Source: Epiperipatus broadwayi
Taxonomy: Eukaryota > Animalia > Onychophora
Direction: 5' to 3'
DNA length: 64,000 nt
Assembly (NCBI GenBank): GCA_028023455.1
Contig: JAQFVV010000011.1
Coordinates: 2,170,001 to 2,234,000 of the forward strand
Numbering within the stretch: position 1 is the stretch's first letter; each line of letters starts with the position of its first letter. Shown here piece by piece: positions 12,304 through 25,190 of the stretch. The notes beneath the pieces are model-generated. The model saw nothing but the letters and a program-made list of their open reading frames with translations. It was not told the origin of the DNA and ran no database searches. Made by a program: the position numbers and the translations under genes.

Positions 12304-13989
12304 GACTAGTGCATAAAATCATGCAGGGCGGAGAGCAGATTAATGTTTTTAACAACTGCATTTGGAAAGCTGCCTTAGTAATGATAGAATTAGAAGTTTT
12401 AGAGCATCTAAAATATTACTCATGGGAAAGGGCGTGAATTAATGAAACGGTATGATCATAAATTGACATATTAATTTTTAATTAGATTTAAAGTTCGTAT
12501 GTGGGTTGAAAATAGATAATGACCAAAGATAAAAGACAAAATGTTTGGCACTTGTAAACAAATTTGATATTGATAAATGCTGCATAGAAATGATGAAGAT
12601 GTGTGAAGGATTAAATTATGAATTCGCAATCAAATGCTTTTTAAAAACTATAAGGAATGATTTAAGGAGAATGTTAAGACAAAATAGTCCATTAAATTTT
12701 ATGGTATTTTTTTTAAATCGCAATGTAAATACTAGAAAGGTTCCTATTAAGCTCTTTTTTTAAAAAAAAAAAAGATTTAGAAACAAATTTCAATGTAGAT
12801 TGAATTGATAGCAAATTATTACTACATCAAGTTTTGTTTTAAACTGTACTTCATCAAATATTCCTTTTTTTCCCTCCATGTTTGTTTTGTTTTAAAAGAA
12901 ACATTTTGAGCGTCGCAACAGTTATCATCAATCATCTAATCTCACGCCAGACAATATTTTCCTTTCAAACTATTGTTTTCCTATAATTCAATTTAAAATA
13001 AAAACAAACTCATACATATATTTAAAAAAGTATAATTTTTGTAATGTTTATAAATAAAGTGTGCTTGAAGAAGAAAAAAAAACGACTGATCTGTTTTGAA
13101 GTGCCTTTATTAAAATGTTACTGTTTTTTTTTTTTTTAATCCCTTTCATTTTGAATATATAACAATAAGTAGATGCGATTATAAAATTGTAAACGTATAT
13201 ATTTCAATCTAGCTTCAAAAGATTTAACAGAAGCTTTCTGGAACTAATGTTAGTAGAAAACATATTGTTAAGCAATTTAACTGCTTTGTATTGCGATAGC
13301 ACGTAGAAGAGGATTTAGTAAGGCGTTTTAATGTTAAAAACAAATACATACAGGGCTAGATGGATGGCAGTTTTCTCATGGTAACTTAGATAATATTATT
13401 ATTGTCCCCACAGAGGAACTATATTAAATCTTGACGAACTCCTGGTTAAATACATTTTTAATTATTAAAGCACACAAAAAAACTACTAATGTAAACTTAG
13501 ATGGTACTATGGAGGATAGCTGTACCGAAATTACAACATTGAAGATCCTAGTCTCTTAAAATGACAAATTTATGTTAGCAGACATGGAATATTTCAAGTA
13601 ACAGTATAAACTCTACATTTATGGAACATACCAAAATCAAAAATGGAAATCCTCTATACATTTTATTATTCACCATAATGAGAATATATTTTGCATTCCA
13701 GAATCACACTTTGAGTAACAAGTAGATTTCATTGTTCTTGGAAGACTACTTAAAAAATTATGGGATGAAACTAATAAGACTTTGCATCGCCCATGCTCCT
13801 GTTATTCAGCAACAAACTTTTTCTCATATTTTTGTCATTTGGAATAAAATTTAGTAATCAAGAGATGACAGATGGTAGTGCTTATTAAATCTCTAACCTG
13901 TGCTATCCTATTAGTAAATTAGCTTACATTGAAAACATTAACTTTTTTTTTCCCAATTTGAACTGGTAGCTTGATTGTTGAACAAAGAA

Positions 13990-14102
13990 GTCAAAGATGG
14001 CTGCTAGAAGACAGCTGCATTAGGCCCAGAAAATCTAAGTGCACCATTCCCAGATACAAAAGCTCATCACAGATGAAAACCGTAGGCTAAAAACTAGTCT
14101 GT
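13990..14102 (+). mobile_element. Old, diverged F1 fragment with eroded hammerhead
   Basis: GATGGCTGCTAG...GCATTAG...CAGATACAAAAGCTCATCACAGATGAAAACCGTAGGCTAAAAACTAGTCTG aligns to F1. Confidence 0.55.
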
Positions 14103-14697
14103 TTTTATAACTTTTCTGTTCTCTTTCTCATCCATATCTTTAGATTTCTTTCTTTTTACAAAATAGTCTTATATTTTCTCTATCACTTGTTTTATACATA
14201 TTTTAAAATTGTCACTATGTATTTTTTTATTTTTTAACAACCATAACCTTCTGCCGTTACTATTTTTACTCTTTTATATTTTATGTTCAGCCAATTGTAT
14301 ATTTAAATGGCATGAAAGGATTCATCCTTTAATGATATGAAAGCAATTCATAGCAGATTTAAACAAACCCAGCAATGCTTTTTATAGTCAACATTTGTTT
14401 ACCAAAAATTCCAAAATTGCTGATGTAATATTTCTTGATAATGCCAAAAATAAAAAAAAGAAAGATGGAGAGAAAAATCATGTAAAACTAAAAAAAACTT
14501 TACAAGATCCAAAATGAAAACCCTAACTGGCAGTTGTAGAAGTTCATTAACATTATCTGATGACATGACACCAATCTTACATATCTGACTTCTAAATCCA
14601 ATACTGAGAGAACAAGAAAAAGCATCAGTAGAACAGAAATTCAAGATTTCCTTTTTCATAACCTTCTTCTGATATCAACATAATAAAACCAGTAGAT

Positions 14698-14901
14698 AAA
14701 AATTAAAACAGGCAAAACTCTCCATACAGTGGTGCCAGTCAGTGCAAGCTAGAGTAATCAATGGATACCAGAAGGCTTGTGCATAAAACCCCTATCTAGT
14801 GCCTACTGATCCAATATCCCCAGACAAGTTTCTAGATTGTGGCTTTTGTCAGTGAAGAGCCTTGGATCTGAGAAATGGTGATCACGTGATGTTTAGTGGT
14901 T
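14698..14901. mobile_element. F1 element with inversion and 14-bp TSD
   Basis: Antisense arm ~14703-14871 (HHR core mutated to CTGACAA), sense arm ~14872-14901; TAAAACCAGTAGAT at 14684-14697 and 14902-14915. Confidence 0.85.
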
Positions 14902-14999
14902 TAAAACCAGTAGATGTTGGTGAACTCAAAATGCCTTGGATTATCTTAAACAAAAAAGGTCCCATGAGAAGATAACATACTTTCAGAGTTTCTAAAAAA

Positions 15000-15600
15000 T
15001 TTAAGACCTAATACTAAGCATGGTTGGCAAAGTTATTCCTTAAAATTATTTATAAAGGAAACCATTCTAAAAATTTGGCACGAAAGCAAAATTATAGCAA
15101 TCTTAGAACTGATGATCCAAAAAATTATTACCCAATATCATTACTATGAATTCCCTAAAGTTTGAAAGAATTCCTCCCAAAAGTTGAGAAGCATTTATTT
15201 TTATAATATGATAGATTAATGCTAGAAAGCTGTTGTGACGCCATTTTGTCTTTACAACGGACATCAAAACACATTTTCAAAATAAAGAATGGTCCTATCT
15301 TTATTGATCAGTTTTGTTTTGTTTTTTTTTTCAAAAAAAATCTCTAAAATTCTTAAATGAAGAAAAATAGCTAATTTCTTTAATTTAACAAAATATTCTC
15401 TAATAGGAATATTCAAATAATTCTGAATGATTAATCTTAATGAATACAAAATTTTACAAGTATCCGACAAAATTCAGTTTCCTCACCCACTTTATTTAAT
15501 ATCATTCATCAGTGATTCTTCAGAAATAGAATGCAGGAAATTAATCTACGCTGCCAACATTGCTTTGATTTCATAAAAGAGACTCTTTCTAGAAATAGCA
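15000..15600 (+). mobile_element. Decayed LINE RT fragment
   Basis: Broken motifs YYPISLL..P.KV (~15125), SPTLFNI (~15485) and a YADD-like LIYAANIA (~15540). Confidence 0.5.
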
Positions 15601-18600
15601 AAGTTTCTTAATAAGATTAAAAGTTTGGAATTCTGCTTTCAAAAATTGTGATCTTATCCGTAATCCCAAATATAATATGTTCAATTTTTCATCTATATAA
15701 TATGAATCTTGTGATATAAAGATAAACCCCTGCAACAATAAACTGAAACCCAATCTCACCCTATGCTATTTAAGAATGACCATGGACCACAATCTATTTC
15801 ATTTCCTCAGATAATAAATAGTTATATCTAAAATAATTTTTAAAAATAACCACCTTCAAAAGCTGGCTGTCATCTATATGCAAATACTTTATGGCTAGCT
15901 TTCTTAGAATTAGCATATTTTACTCATGAATACCATACCCTTACTTGGGAGATGCCCACATTAAATTTTAAATACTACATAAATATTACTGCAACATCCA
16001 AATCTCCCCTATGGTGACTTTGTATTTTTTAGCATATTCCTCCATCAGAAGATAAGTTGATTCAGAGAACGTCGTTTAAAAAATATTAAATAAATCAATC
16101 TTAATATTAACTCAAAATATACTAAGACACATCACAATTATGATCGCTTTTCTAAATGCTCATTTCTTCTGATGTTCCAAATATATTTTCTTTTCCTAGA
16201 TCTACCAATGAGGCCAGATGAATCTGATTTTAAATGGTACTGAAGTTTCAATAGTAAATTCATAATCCCCATTACAAATTAAATTTAATAGCTTTGAACG
16301 AATCTCAAATATAATTAATGACTGTCAAACTGATGGATTTAATAAAATCATTAAACTCCTGGTTGGAATCTCCACAACAGATTCTTTGTGATATTTGTTA
16401 AAAATTGGGTGTCTAAAAAAAATCCATACATTAAACAAAAATAAAAATACTGACGGTTCAAAAAAGAGCAAAAATATGTATTAAGAGCATATAAAATGTG
16501 GATAAGAATAAAAAAACAAAAACAAATGATAAATTGGAAGCAATGAAATAGTGAAAAATAGTAAAGACGAAAACATTATGATTATTAAAAAATAAAGAAA
16601 TCGTGACAATTTTAAAATGTGTAAAAATAAAAGCTAGATAAATATAAGACTATTCTGTAAAAAAGAGAGAGAGATTTAAAGATGTGGATGAAAAGCGAAA
16701 AGAAAATCTTATATAAATAATTTTGATTGATAAATAAATTTAAAATATTTATTACTGACATCCCAATAAATATAGTTTTTTTATTCTCCAATTTGGATTA
16801 GGTAACCATGTAAGGCTGACAAACAATAAATCAATAGCAACTGTGAAAATTTCGAAAATAAGAAATCAATTTTGCATAAAAATACAATAAAATATATACA
16901 CACAGAAAAAAAAAAAATCTATATTGCCATTCTTTATTTAACTAGAAATGTAAAAAAAATCATAAATGTCACCAAATATCTAAATATATATATAAATAAT
17001 TGAATGGTTTATTGTTTGTGAATTCATTATGAAGTTCAGACATTTTGGAGACATGATCTTTGAATCTTGAGCCTTAGAGTATACTCCTGCTCAGAAGTGA
17101 CATGGATCGATTCTGATACATGAACCTTGATTCCCATAATCTACCACTCTACTATTACATTAAACCAAGTAAATTAAGTTCCTCTGAAAGATTGTGATTA
17201 GTAGGATCATATTATATCATTCAACATTTACACTCATATATTAGCTTTGTGAATTATCACGATTGAATATAGCAAATCAATTATATACCCTATAATTTTC
17301 AATTGGAATATAATGATTTAACAATAATCAGTGGTCATCAATGATTTATAGCCTGTCTGAAGTTCAAACTCCATGAATCACAGCCCATTGATGCTCAAAC
17401 TTCTTTCTGAACTCATGAGACATAACCATGCATTTAATCATGGAAAATGCTTTACTTACTATCCTGAAATTTAACATAATTTACTTCAACATGTCAAACT
17501 TGGTGCTATTATTTATTAAAATTCATTGTTTAACTATGTAGTTTATGAATTAGTGTTAATTAGAGTTGATTAAAGAAAACATTATTTGAAAAGGATGACA
17601 ATTAATCTTAAGAAAACCAAAGGTAGTTTGCATGGATGTAATAACCTATTGTCTTATTTGGACATATACTATATCTAAAACATTTTTAGTTAATATGAAA
17701 ATTGATGTATTTCAATATTAAAAATAGTTTGCAAAAAGATTTTATACATTAACACCACAAACTTGTCTTAGGTTTTCTGCCAATTGTATTAATCTCAGAT
17801 ACTATATCTACCTCCTTTCATTAGATCGATTAATACTTTCTTCTCCTATGTCTTTTACAAAATATTACCCCCTCAAGACTTCTAACATATCTTTCATGCA
17901 TCCCTACTGCCATTAACCATATACCTAATCATTTTTCATTTCTCAATTTCCTCAGTAAGAAATCTATTTTTTATTTACAATTACATATCATACCCTATTA
18001 TTTCACCATTTATTTTCTTTCTTTTCTAAATTTAAAACTAAAAACTTCTGGTTATCTAATCAATTCTAACAACAGATCTTACGTCTAAAGTATATAGAAT
18101 TAGACTGTGATTTCCAATTGATATGCTCAATTTCCTTTAAAACAAAATTCAGCAGAACCAGTATTCCATTTACTCTATATATACAGGTCTTTCTTATTTT
18201 TATTATTATTTATTTTGCTAATTAAAATAGTACCTCATTTCATTAATTTTTAAAATTAGAATGATGATGATAATAGTAGTAATATTATTTATATACATAA
18301 ATTGCAATTTTGAAACACATTAATATACCATATCTATCTTATAATGATAAAAATTGAAATAAATATAATCAAAAATTGAATGTCCATGTTAAAATAGAAA
18401 TACTTCAACACATTCAAGGACTCACCACCTACAGTTGGAAAAGAAAATTAAATAGAAAATTTAAAATTCACAAAAGTTTATGAATGTATACCACAATATC
18501 AGACTCCTTATAAATATCATATATATCAATAACTTTTTTAAGATCCTTCAGCTACCATCAGTATGATTTTTCATGGCATATCCTTAATTTTTGCTCATTC

Positions 18601-19097
18601 CCTTAAGATACTGTTCAAGTCTAACATACATAGATTAATACCAGCTGTAGCAAAGATTTATTATAAATTTGTATTTAGGATCTCCAGAAAATTATTCTAC
18701 TTTTCAAGATTCTTAAAGGAATGTAATAAATTCTATAATATTGAATTCTATTATTAATTTGTTTTCTATATATAAAAAAAAATGTTTATAATTCTCAAAT
18801 AGTTAAGGCCATTAATTTATATAAGTATTTATATCAGTTACGATTTACAATTTAATCCCAAAATATTTTCATTCATCTACATTTGATTGTAAGCCAATTC
18901 TTTTCAAGGGAATGTAATCCAATGGTGAAAGAGATTTTCAATCTCATTCCTTATCATCTTGCAAGAAAATTTAATCACTAGCATAAATCAGTGCAGAAAT
19001 CCCATTTTTCAATCCAGCCTATTTAGTCATATAGATTAAAAAAAAGAATTAATGACAATACTAAATAAAAATGACAGCAAGGAGTTTCCCTAGATTT

Positions 19098-19195
19098 ATA
19101 TATATATATGTCAAATGTGTTGACTGGGAAGCGAACCTGGGCCAGCTGCTTGGAAGGCAGCTACATTAACCGCTAGGGCACCAACGCTTGACAAT
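19098..19195 (-). mobile_element. tRNA-Gly(TCC)-derived SINE with (TA)n tail
   Basis: tRNA-like body 19116-19187; 16-bp TSD GAGTTTCCCTAGATTT at 19082-19097 and 19196-19211. Confidence 0.85.
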
Positions 19196-19515
19196 GAGTT
19201 TCCCTAGATTTGTGTTGAAAATTATTCAATATATGATTTTACACTTTGATTACTGCATCTTCAACACTATTTTTTATTAAATTGATTAATTTTTATGGAA
19301 CATCAAACTCGTTCATAGTTTATCATAAATAGCTACTGTCAACACTGTCAAAGGCTACTAAAAAATCTCTAAATAATGTTTTTCATATAAAAAGTCTCAA
19401 TGTAAATGTGTGATCAATAGTTGATCTATTTCTTGTGAAACTATTCTTGTATATAGTCAATAAAAATTAGTCATATATTACATGGCTTAATCTTTTTTTA
19501 AGCTTGTAAATAAAA

Positions 19516-19619
19516 AATAATGAGCTGTGCTAATTGCTCTAATAAGCTTATTAATAAATGACAACAAGAGAAAGCATTTAAAAATAAGCTTGTTAGAGGA
19601 ATTAGCACAACTCATTATT
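19516..19619. repeat. Short inverted repeat (hairpin)
   Basis: AATAATGAGCTGTGCTAATTGCTCTAATAAGCTTATT pairs with AATAAGCTTGTTAGAGGAATTAGCACAACTCATTATT. Confidence 0.7.
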
Positions 19620-19899
19620 CTTGTACATCATTAAATATATTCTGATCTATTTCTGCCACACTTGATAATGTCATACCCTTTTTCAAACAAGATAGATGAT
19701 TTCTTAGCCTCAAAATTATTTTAATAGCTTTACATTTTTTTTGTTTTTAGTTCAGATACCATTTCCTTCTAGTATTCATTAATTAATATGGCTGCACTGG
19801 ATGGCATTAATATTTGAAAAGATTTGCTAAAGTTTTAATAGCTTGTTAAAAAATGATAATCATGTAATATTTTAGAGGTTTAACATCAGTCCTGGCCAA

Positions 19900-20325
19900 A
19901 GGATTATGATGACTATGGTTACTTGAAAAAAATGAAAGACACCAAAATGTTAGATACTGAACTGTGTTCAGATCTGTATAACTATATAAGCAAATGAGTA
20001 TAGATTGAAAACATTATTGCATTTTCATTTTCGACTCATAGCCGCATAATTAATTAAAAAGGTAAAAAATGGCTGCTGGAGGATTGCATTAGATACAAAG
20101 ATCTATGTGCAATGCTCTCAGATACAAGGCTTCTTACTGATAAAGGCTGCAAGCTAGAAACTAGTTTGGGATATTGGATGAGTAGGCACTAGATAGGGAT
20201 TTTGATGCACAAATCTACCATTCATTTATTATTATGGCTTGCACTAGTTTGGCACTACTATTTGGAGAGATTTGCTATTTTTTTTAACAGCTTGCATAAA
20301 AATATGTTGGTCACGTGATGTTTTA
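19900..20325 (+). mobile_element. Diverged near-unit-length F1 copy
   Basis: Colinear with 29270-29630; HHR core mutated (CTGATAA ~20137); ends at GTGATGTTTT. No clear TSD. Confidence 0.75.
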
Positions 20326-20988
20326 ACAGTTAAACACTGAAGTTATAGATGAGAAAATAAACAAATATCAATATCATTGATAAAAGATGAATAACTGAGA
20401 TCTTAAACTGGATTTTTTAAGAGGAATATAATAAACTGGAAATAAAAATAATGTGCAAAGGATGACTGAGAAATGAAAGTTTGCTGGAATGTGAAGAAGA
20501 GAAAACACACATTAAAAAACTGTAAACTTGGAGATATCTTACAGTGAATTGTTAATGGTTACAAATAATGACATTTACAATATAAGCAGAAAATCATTAC
20601 TACAAAATAATCTTTCAATAGTTTTTATCTTATATCTATGCATATTAATTTCCATTATCAATGCAATTTTCTTTCGAATTCTTTATACATTTTGTTGCAA
20701 TTGCAAAAATTGCAAGGAAATTATGATTTATCAACCTTCAATTTTGTAAAAAAAATAATGAACACAAAAACTACTTCAAATGTTGGAAATAAAACATTTT
20801 AAATACAAAAAAATTTAAAAATATTTGTGAACAAATTTTTATCATTTTTTACATATACAATTCTAATCCTCTATAATAAGATGTTGCAGAAAATACTGAA
20901 AAGCATCTACAAAATATAAAGTAATTGTTTAATAGGAAATGGAGGATATTTACTGACACTAGAGGGAGCTAGAAACACTACTGAAGAT

Positions 20989-21531
20989 GCTAGTATAGAG
21001 AGTAAAAAGAGTTTAAATATTTATAGAAGTAAACAGAATATTGGGTGTGAGTTAATTTATGATAATAGCAAAGAAAGTAGTTTACTGTTTAAGGCTTGAA
21101 CGGGATCTTTAGCAACAAGGGAATATCCACATAAATGGAAAAATATGGGCGATTTAGTCTGCAAGTTGTGTAAGGAAAGCATAGAAAATATTAGGCATTT
21201 GTTAATTGAATGTAAATGTCTGAAAGCAGAAAGGTTACAAATAATGAAGTTGTGGAAAGAATAAATATGAACAAAGTGATTATACAGAAAGTGGCTTATT
21301 GTTTTTTATGCTGTGTTTGGAAAAAGATAAGGGGGTTTTAGATATAAAGGTCATGGAGTTGACAAAGTTTATGTTGTGGAAATGAGATGGAGCAGAATAG
21401 AGAAGAATATGCGAAAACTTGGGGTAGGGAATAGAAAGGGAAGTCAAAGTGGCTAACAGTTTCTCTGGGCATAGTTGCTGAGAGAGTTCTGACTCCATAT
21501 GAGGAGAAGTCACAGTGCATCACATCACATG
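20989..21531 (+). mobile_element. 5'-truncated non-LTR retrotransposon 3' end (copy 1)
   Basis: IYDNSKESSLLFKA*TG...VCKLCKESIENIRHLLIEC (C-terminal CCHC knuckle), then a 3' UTR ending in (CATCA)n. Confidence 0.7.
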
Positions 21532-21539
21532 CAAAAAGC

Positions 21540-22325
21540 AAAATGAAAATGTTCGATAGATTGCAGTTTATGTATAATAAAAGAATAGCCAAAATAGTAT
21601 TTAATTGAGCTATGAATAAAAGGCAGGTAACAAGATGGGTGCGAAAGGTAATGTGATATGCAGAAGATTTAGATAAAGAATTTATGTCAGTATACTTATA
21701 CAAAAGGTGGGATGATTATGTTAGGAAAATGTTAAGGAATGGGATAGAAGAATAGATGCATTAATAAAGAATAGGGAGTTGGAGAAATGGAGAGCTAGTA
21801 TGGAGAGTAAAAAGAGTTTAAATATTTATAGAAGTAAAAAGAATATTGTGTGTGAGTTAATTTATGATAATAGCAAGGAAAGTAGTTTACTGTTTAAGGC
21901 TTGAACAGGATTTTTAGCAACAAGAGAATGTACACATAAATGGAAAAATATGGGTAATTTAGTCTGCAAGTTGTGTAAGGAAGGTCTAGAAAATATTAGG
22001 CATCTGTTAATTGAATGTAAATATCTGAAAGGGTACAAATAACAACGTTGTGGAAGAATAAATATCAACAAAGTGATTATACAGAAAGTGGCTCATTGAT
22101 TTTTATGCTTGGTTTGGGAAAAGATAAGGGGTTTTAGATATAAAGGCCATGGAGTTGACAAAGATTATATTGTGAAAATGGGATGGAGCATGATAGAGAC
22201 GAATATGGGAAAACTTGGGGTGGGAAATGAAAAGGGAAGTCAAATGGCTGACAGGTTTCTCTGGGCATAGTTGCTGAGAGATTCCTGACTCGTATAAGAA
22301 GTCACAGTGCTTCACATCACATCAT
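21540..22325 (+). mobile_element. Non-LTR retrotransposon 3' end (copy 2, longer)
   Basis: WRASMESKKSLNIYRSKK..IYDNSK..LLFKA; same 3' UTR and (CATCA)n tail; 805-bp offset from copy 1. Confidence 0.7.
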
Positions 22326-23116
22326 ATTAAGCGATAAATGGGGGGAAATATCCAAAACGGTTGTATAAATATAAATTTACTTACATAAAGCAATATAAAA
22401 CTTGCATAGTTTTAATAAAAGAATAGTAGATCCCCCCCCCCCCAACCAATGTTAATCTAAAAAATACATACAATTTTTTTTTTTTTTTTAAAAAAAAACA
22501 AACAATAGTAGTTATAAATAAACAAGAAAAAAAAACTAAATTTAGTTGTACAAAGTATTTTTTTTTTAAAAAAAAAAAAAAAAAAGATTATATGGAATTT
22601 AGCACTATTATCAGTAAAGTTAAATATCTGTTAGATTTTCCACATGCTTACAAAGATGATGAATAGTGAATTGTTAAGTGGGGTGTGGGTTTTTTTTTTT
22701 GCAAGATTATAGCAGGAGGAAAAATAAAATCAAAGGAAACAATCAACTTCTTTCTTGACCACAATAAAGCAAAAATAATAATGTTCTCTGTTACAATCGA
22801 AACAATACTACATTGGAGAGGTGGCCTTCAAAGCAACAAATTTATCTTTATCTATAAAAAAAATCTCTTAAAAAAATAGGTCATTGGGGTTAGGTATAGT
22901 TTTTTTTTTTTTTTGCCAATAAATGAAATTATTTTATTCACGGCGTTTTCTTAAAATAATACTAAATATTTGAAATACAGGCACTCTTCATATACCTGGA
23001 CCTAATTGTAAATATAGGCGATTTGAACTCAGACTTTCAAGCACCCTTCAACTATCCATACTATCTCATACCACTAATACACATGAACACATACATGTAG
23101 AAAAGATAAATAATCA

Positions 23117-23158
23117 TCAATATCCGTATTTCATGCTAAATCAGCACTCATCAGTCGG
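23117..23158 (-). ncRNA. Hammerhead motif (F3, left arm)
   Basis: rc: CCGA CTGATGA GTGCT-GATTT-AGCAT GAAA TACGG ATA TTGA. Confidence 0.6.
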
Positions 23159-23323
23159 TCCAGATATTACGATAGCAAATCTTTTCATCATCAGATTTTC
23201 AATGGCTGAAGAGTTGGAGGTTGGAATGAATTGAAGCCTGTCCATTTAAGTATGAAGATTTGCTATCTTAAATATAAACTGAGTACTGATTATATATATA
23301 CGGGTGGGAGATGATAATCTGGA

Positions 23324-23365
23324 CCAACTGATGAGTGCTGGTTTAGCATGAAATACATATATTGG
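23324..23365 (+). ncRNA. Hammerhead motif (F3, right arm)
   Basis: CCAA CTGATGA GTGCT-GGTTT-AGCAT GAAA TACAT ATA TTGG; AUA triplet. Confidence 0.7.
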
Positions 23366-24997
23366 TGATTATTTATCTTTGCTACAAGTATGTGGGCATG
23401 TGTATCAGTGGTATGAGATAGTATAGATAGTTGAAGGGTGCTTGAAAGTCTGAGTTCAAATCCCCCGTATTTAAAATAATACTATAGATGGTTTTAACAC
23501 ACACACACACCCCTTAATATCATAGTAAATCCACATTTGCACAACTAGTTCGTTTCTTTAAAACTATGTAAATTTTATATAAGTATTATAATGAGGACGG
23601 AGAGGTGTACTTCCTCATTAAAACTATTAAATTTACATTAATATTGCTGTATACAAGTAAATTTGTATTTGTACAATTGATTTGTATTTTCCCCCTATTT
23701 ATGCTTGGTATTTTCAGTAGTGGATTATGGCTCCCCCAGCGTCAACAAATGTTCAGTGCATTAAATGATTAACAAATAAGAATTAGTGTATACTATAAAC
23801 TACTATTCAAAATAACATGCTTAATGATTAAAAGTAATTATTATTTATAAAAGCTACTTTCACCCATATATACATACATACTGAGAGATGTAAAAACAAA
23901 ATTATATCTTTAGTGATATTTAAAAATAAAAATTCTTAGCAGTTAACTTTTAGTAGACAAACGATTTTATACTTAAGTCATATTTATAGCAATAAGATTT
24001 TCCAAATCAATAATTTTTCCTGTAAGATATTTTATTAGTAAAAGCTAGAGAATTTATTTCAAATGTTCAATAAACACAATTCAATTAAAATAAATAATTA
24101 AATAGATAGCAACAGATAATAAAGTCAGTTAGAAATTATAATTCTTTAAAATGAAATCTAAAATTAAAAAGAAATCAATTCCATAACAGAAGTTAAAAAT
24201 AGCATCATAAAATGAAAAACATATCTTTGAAAAGATAACAGCGATGACAAGAGTTTGTAAACATTACAGTTATACCATCAGAAAAACAGAAGCATTTAAA
24301 TTCTCTGAAAAAAAACACATTTAAGATCTACATTTTAAGCATTTTTACTATAGGTATTAAAATTCCTTTTTAAAAGTGATAGTTTAGATAATGGTTTACA
24401 TATATATATATAACTAACAGCTTTAACACATCAAGACCATTACTATAATAATTTATTGCTCAGAAATTCATAAAATGTTACTGTCAGAGTTGGGCTACGC
24501 CCCAAGGGCAGCTTCAGCATCAGCGGCTCATATAGGGTATATCATATTAATAATAAATGCATCAAATACCACAGACACAATAATAACTAAGATTGACAAA
24601 AAAAGCAGTGATAAACAACTATTATGTTGATCAAAATGTTTGATTAACCCATTAACTGAAAGTAACTTATCACTATCCGAATTTGTTTTTCATATCTTTT
24701 AACACATGTATACATACATTCCATATTACTAACAAGCAATAATAAATATATGATTATCTTGCTCTTTTAATACAAATTCACATATAGTTCTACAATCATT
24801 ACATTTGTTAAATCTTAATTATGTTCAGGAGATGAAAAGCATTAAAAAATTTTAAATCACACGGTTAATTGTTAGATTTTGTGACATTTTCAAATTCAAA
24901 TGGCAAGTTTGATCACACCAGTTCCATTCAACTATCCAAACATTTTATTCTACTTTCCTTATCTAGAAATTAATCTGAAAACACTTAGCTCTTCAAA

Positions 24998-25190
24998 TAA
25001 CCACTCTAAAGATTTGCTAAACAGCATAAGATGTGGTAATATCTGAGTCTAATTACTTCTTGAATTAACCACTCTAAAGATGTGCTAAACTGCACAGGAT
25101 GTGGTACTATCAGAGTCCAATTAGCTTTTGAATTAATCACTCTAAAGATGTACGGAAATGCACAGAATGTGCAATATCAAATAACCACTA
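24998..25190. repeat. 68-bp tandem repeat, ~2.7 copies
   Basis: TAA(C/T)CACTCTAAAGAT at 24998, 25066 and 25134. Confidence 0.85.

Larger units (their letters stand above)
22965..23470. mobile_element. F3 hammerhead element: inverted arms, 14-bp TSD
   Basis: Arms ~23010-23172 (antisense) and ~23320-23470 (sense); TTAAAATAATACTA at 22951-22964 and 23471-23484. Confidence 0.85.

Noticed and set aside
24998-25190. CRISPR array
   Set aside because: Eukaryotic context, no unique spacers and no cas genes; it is a plain tandem repeat.
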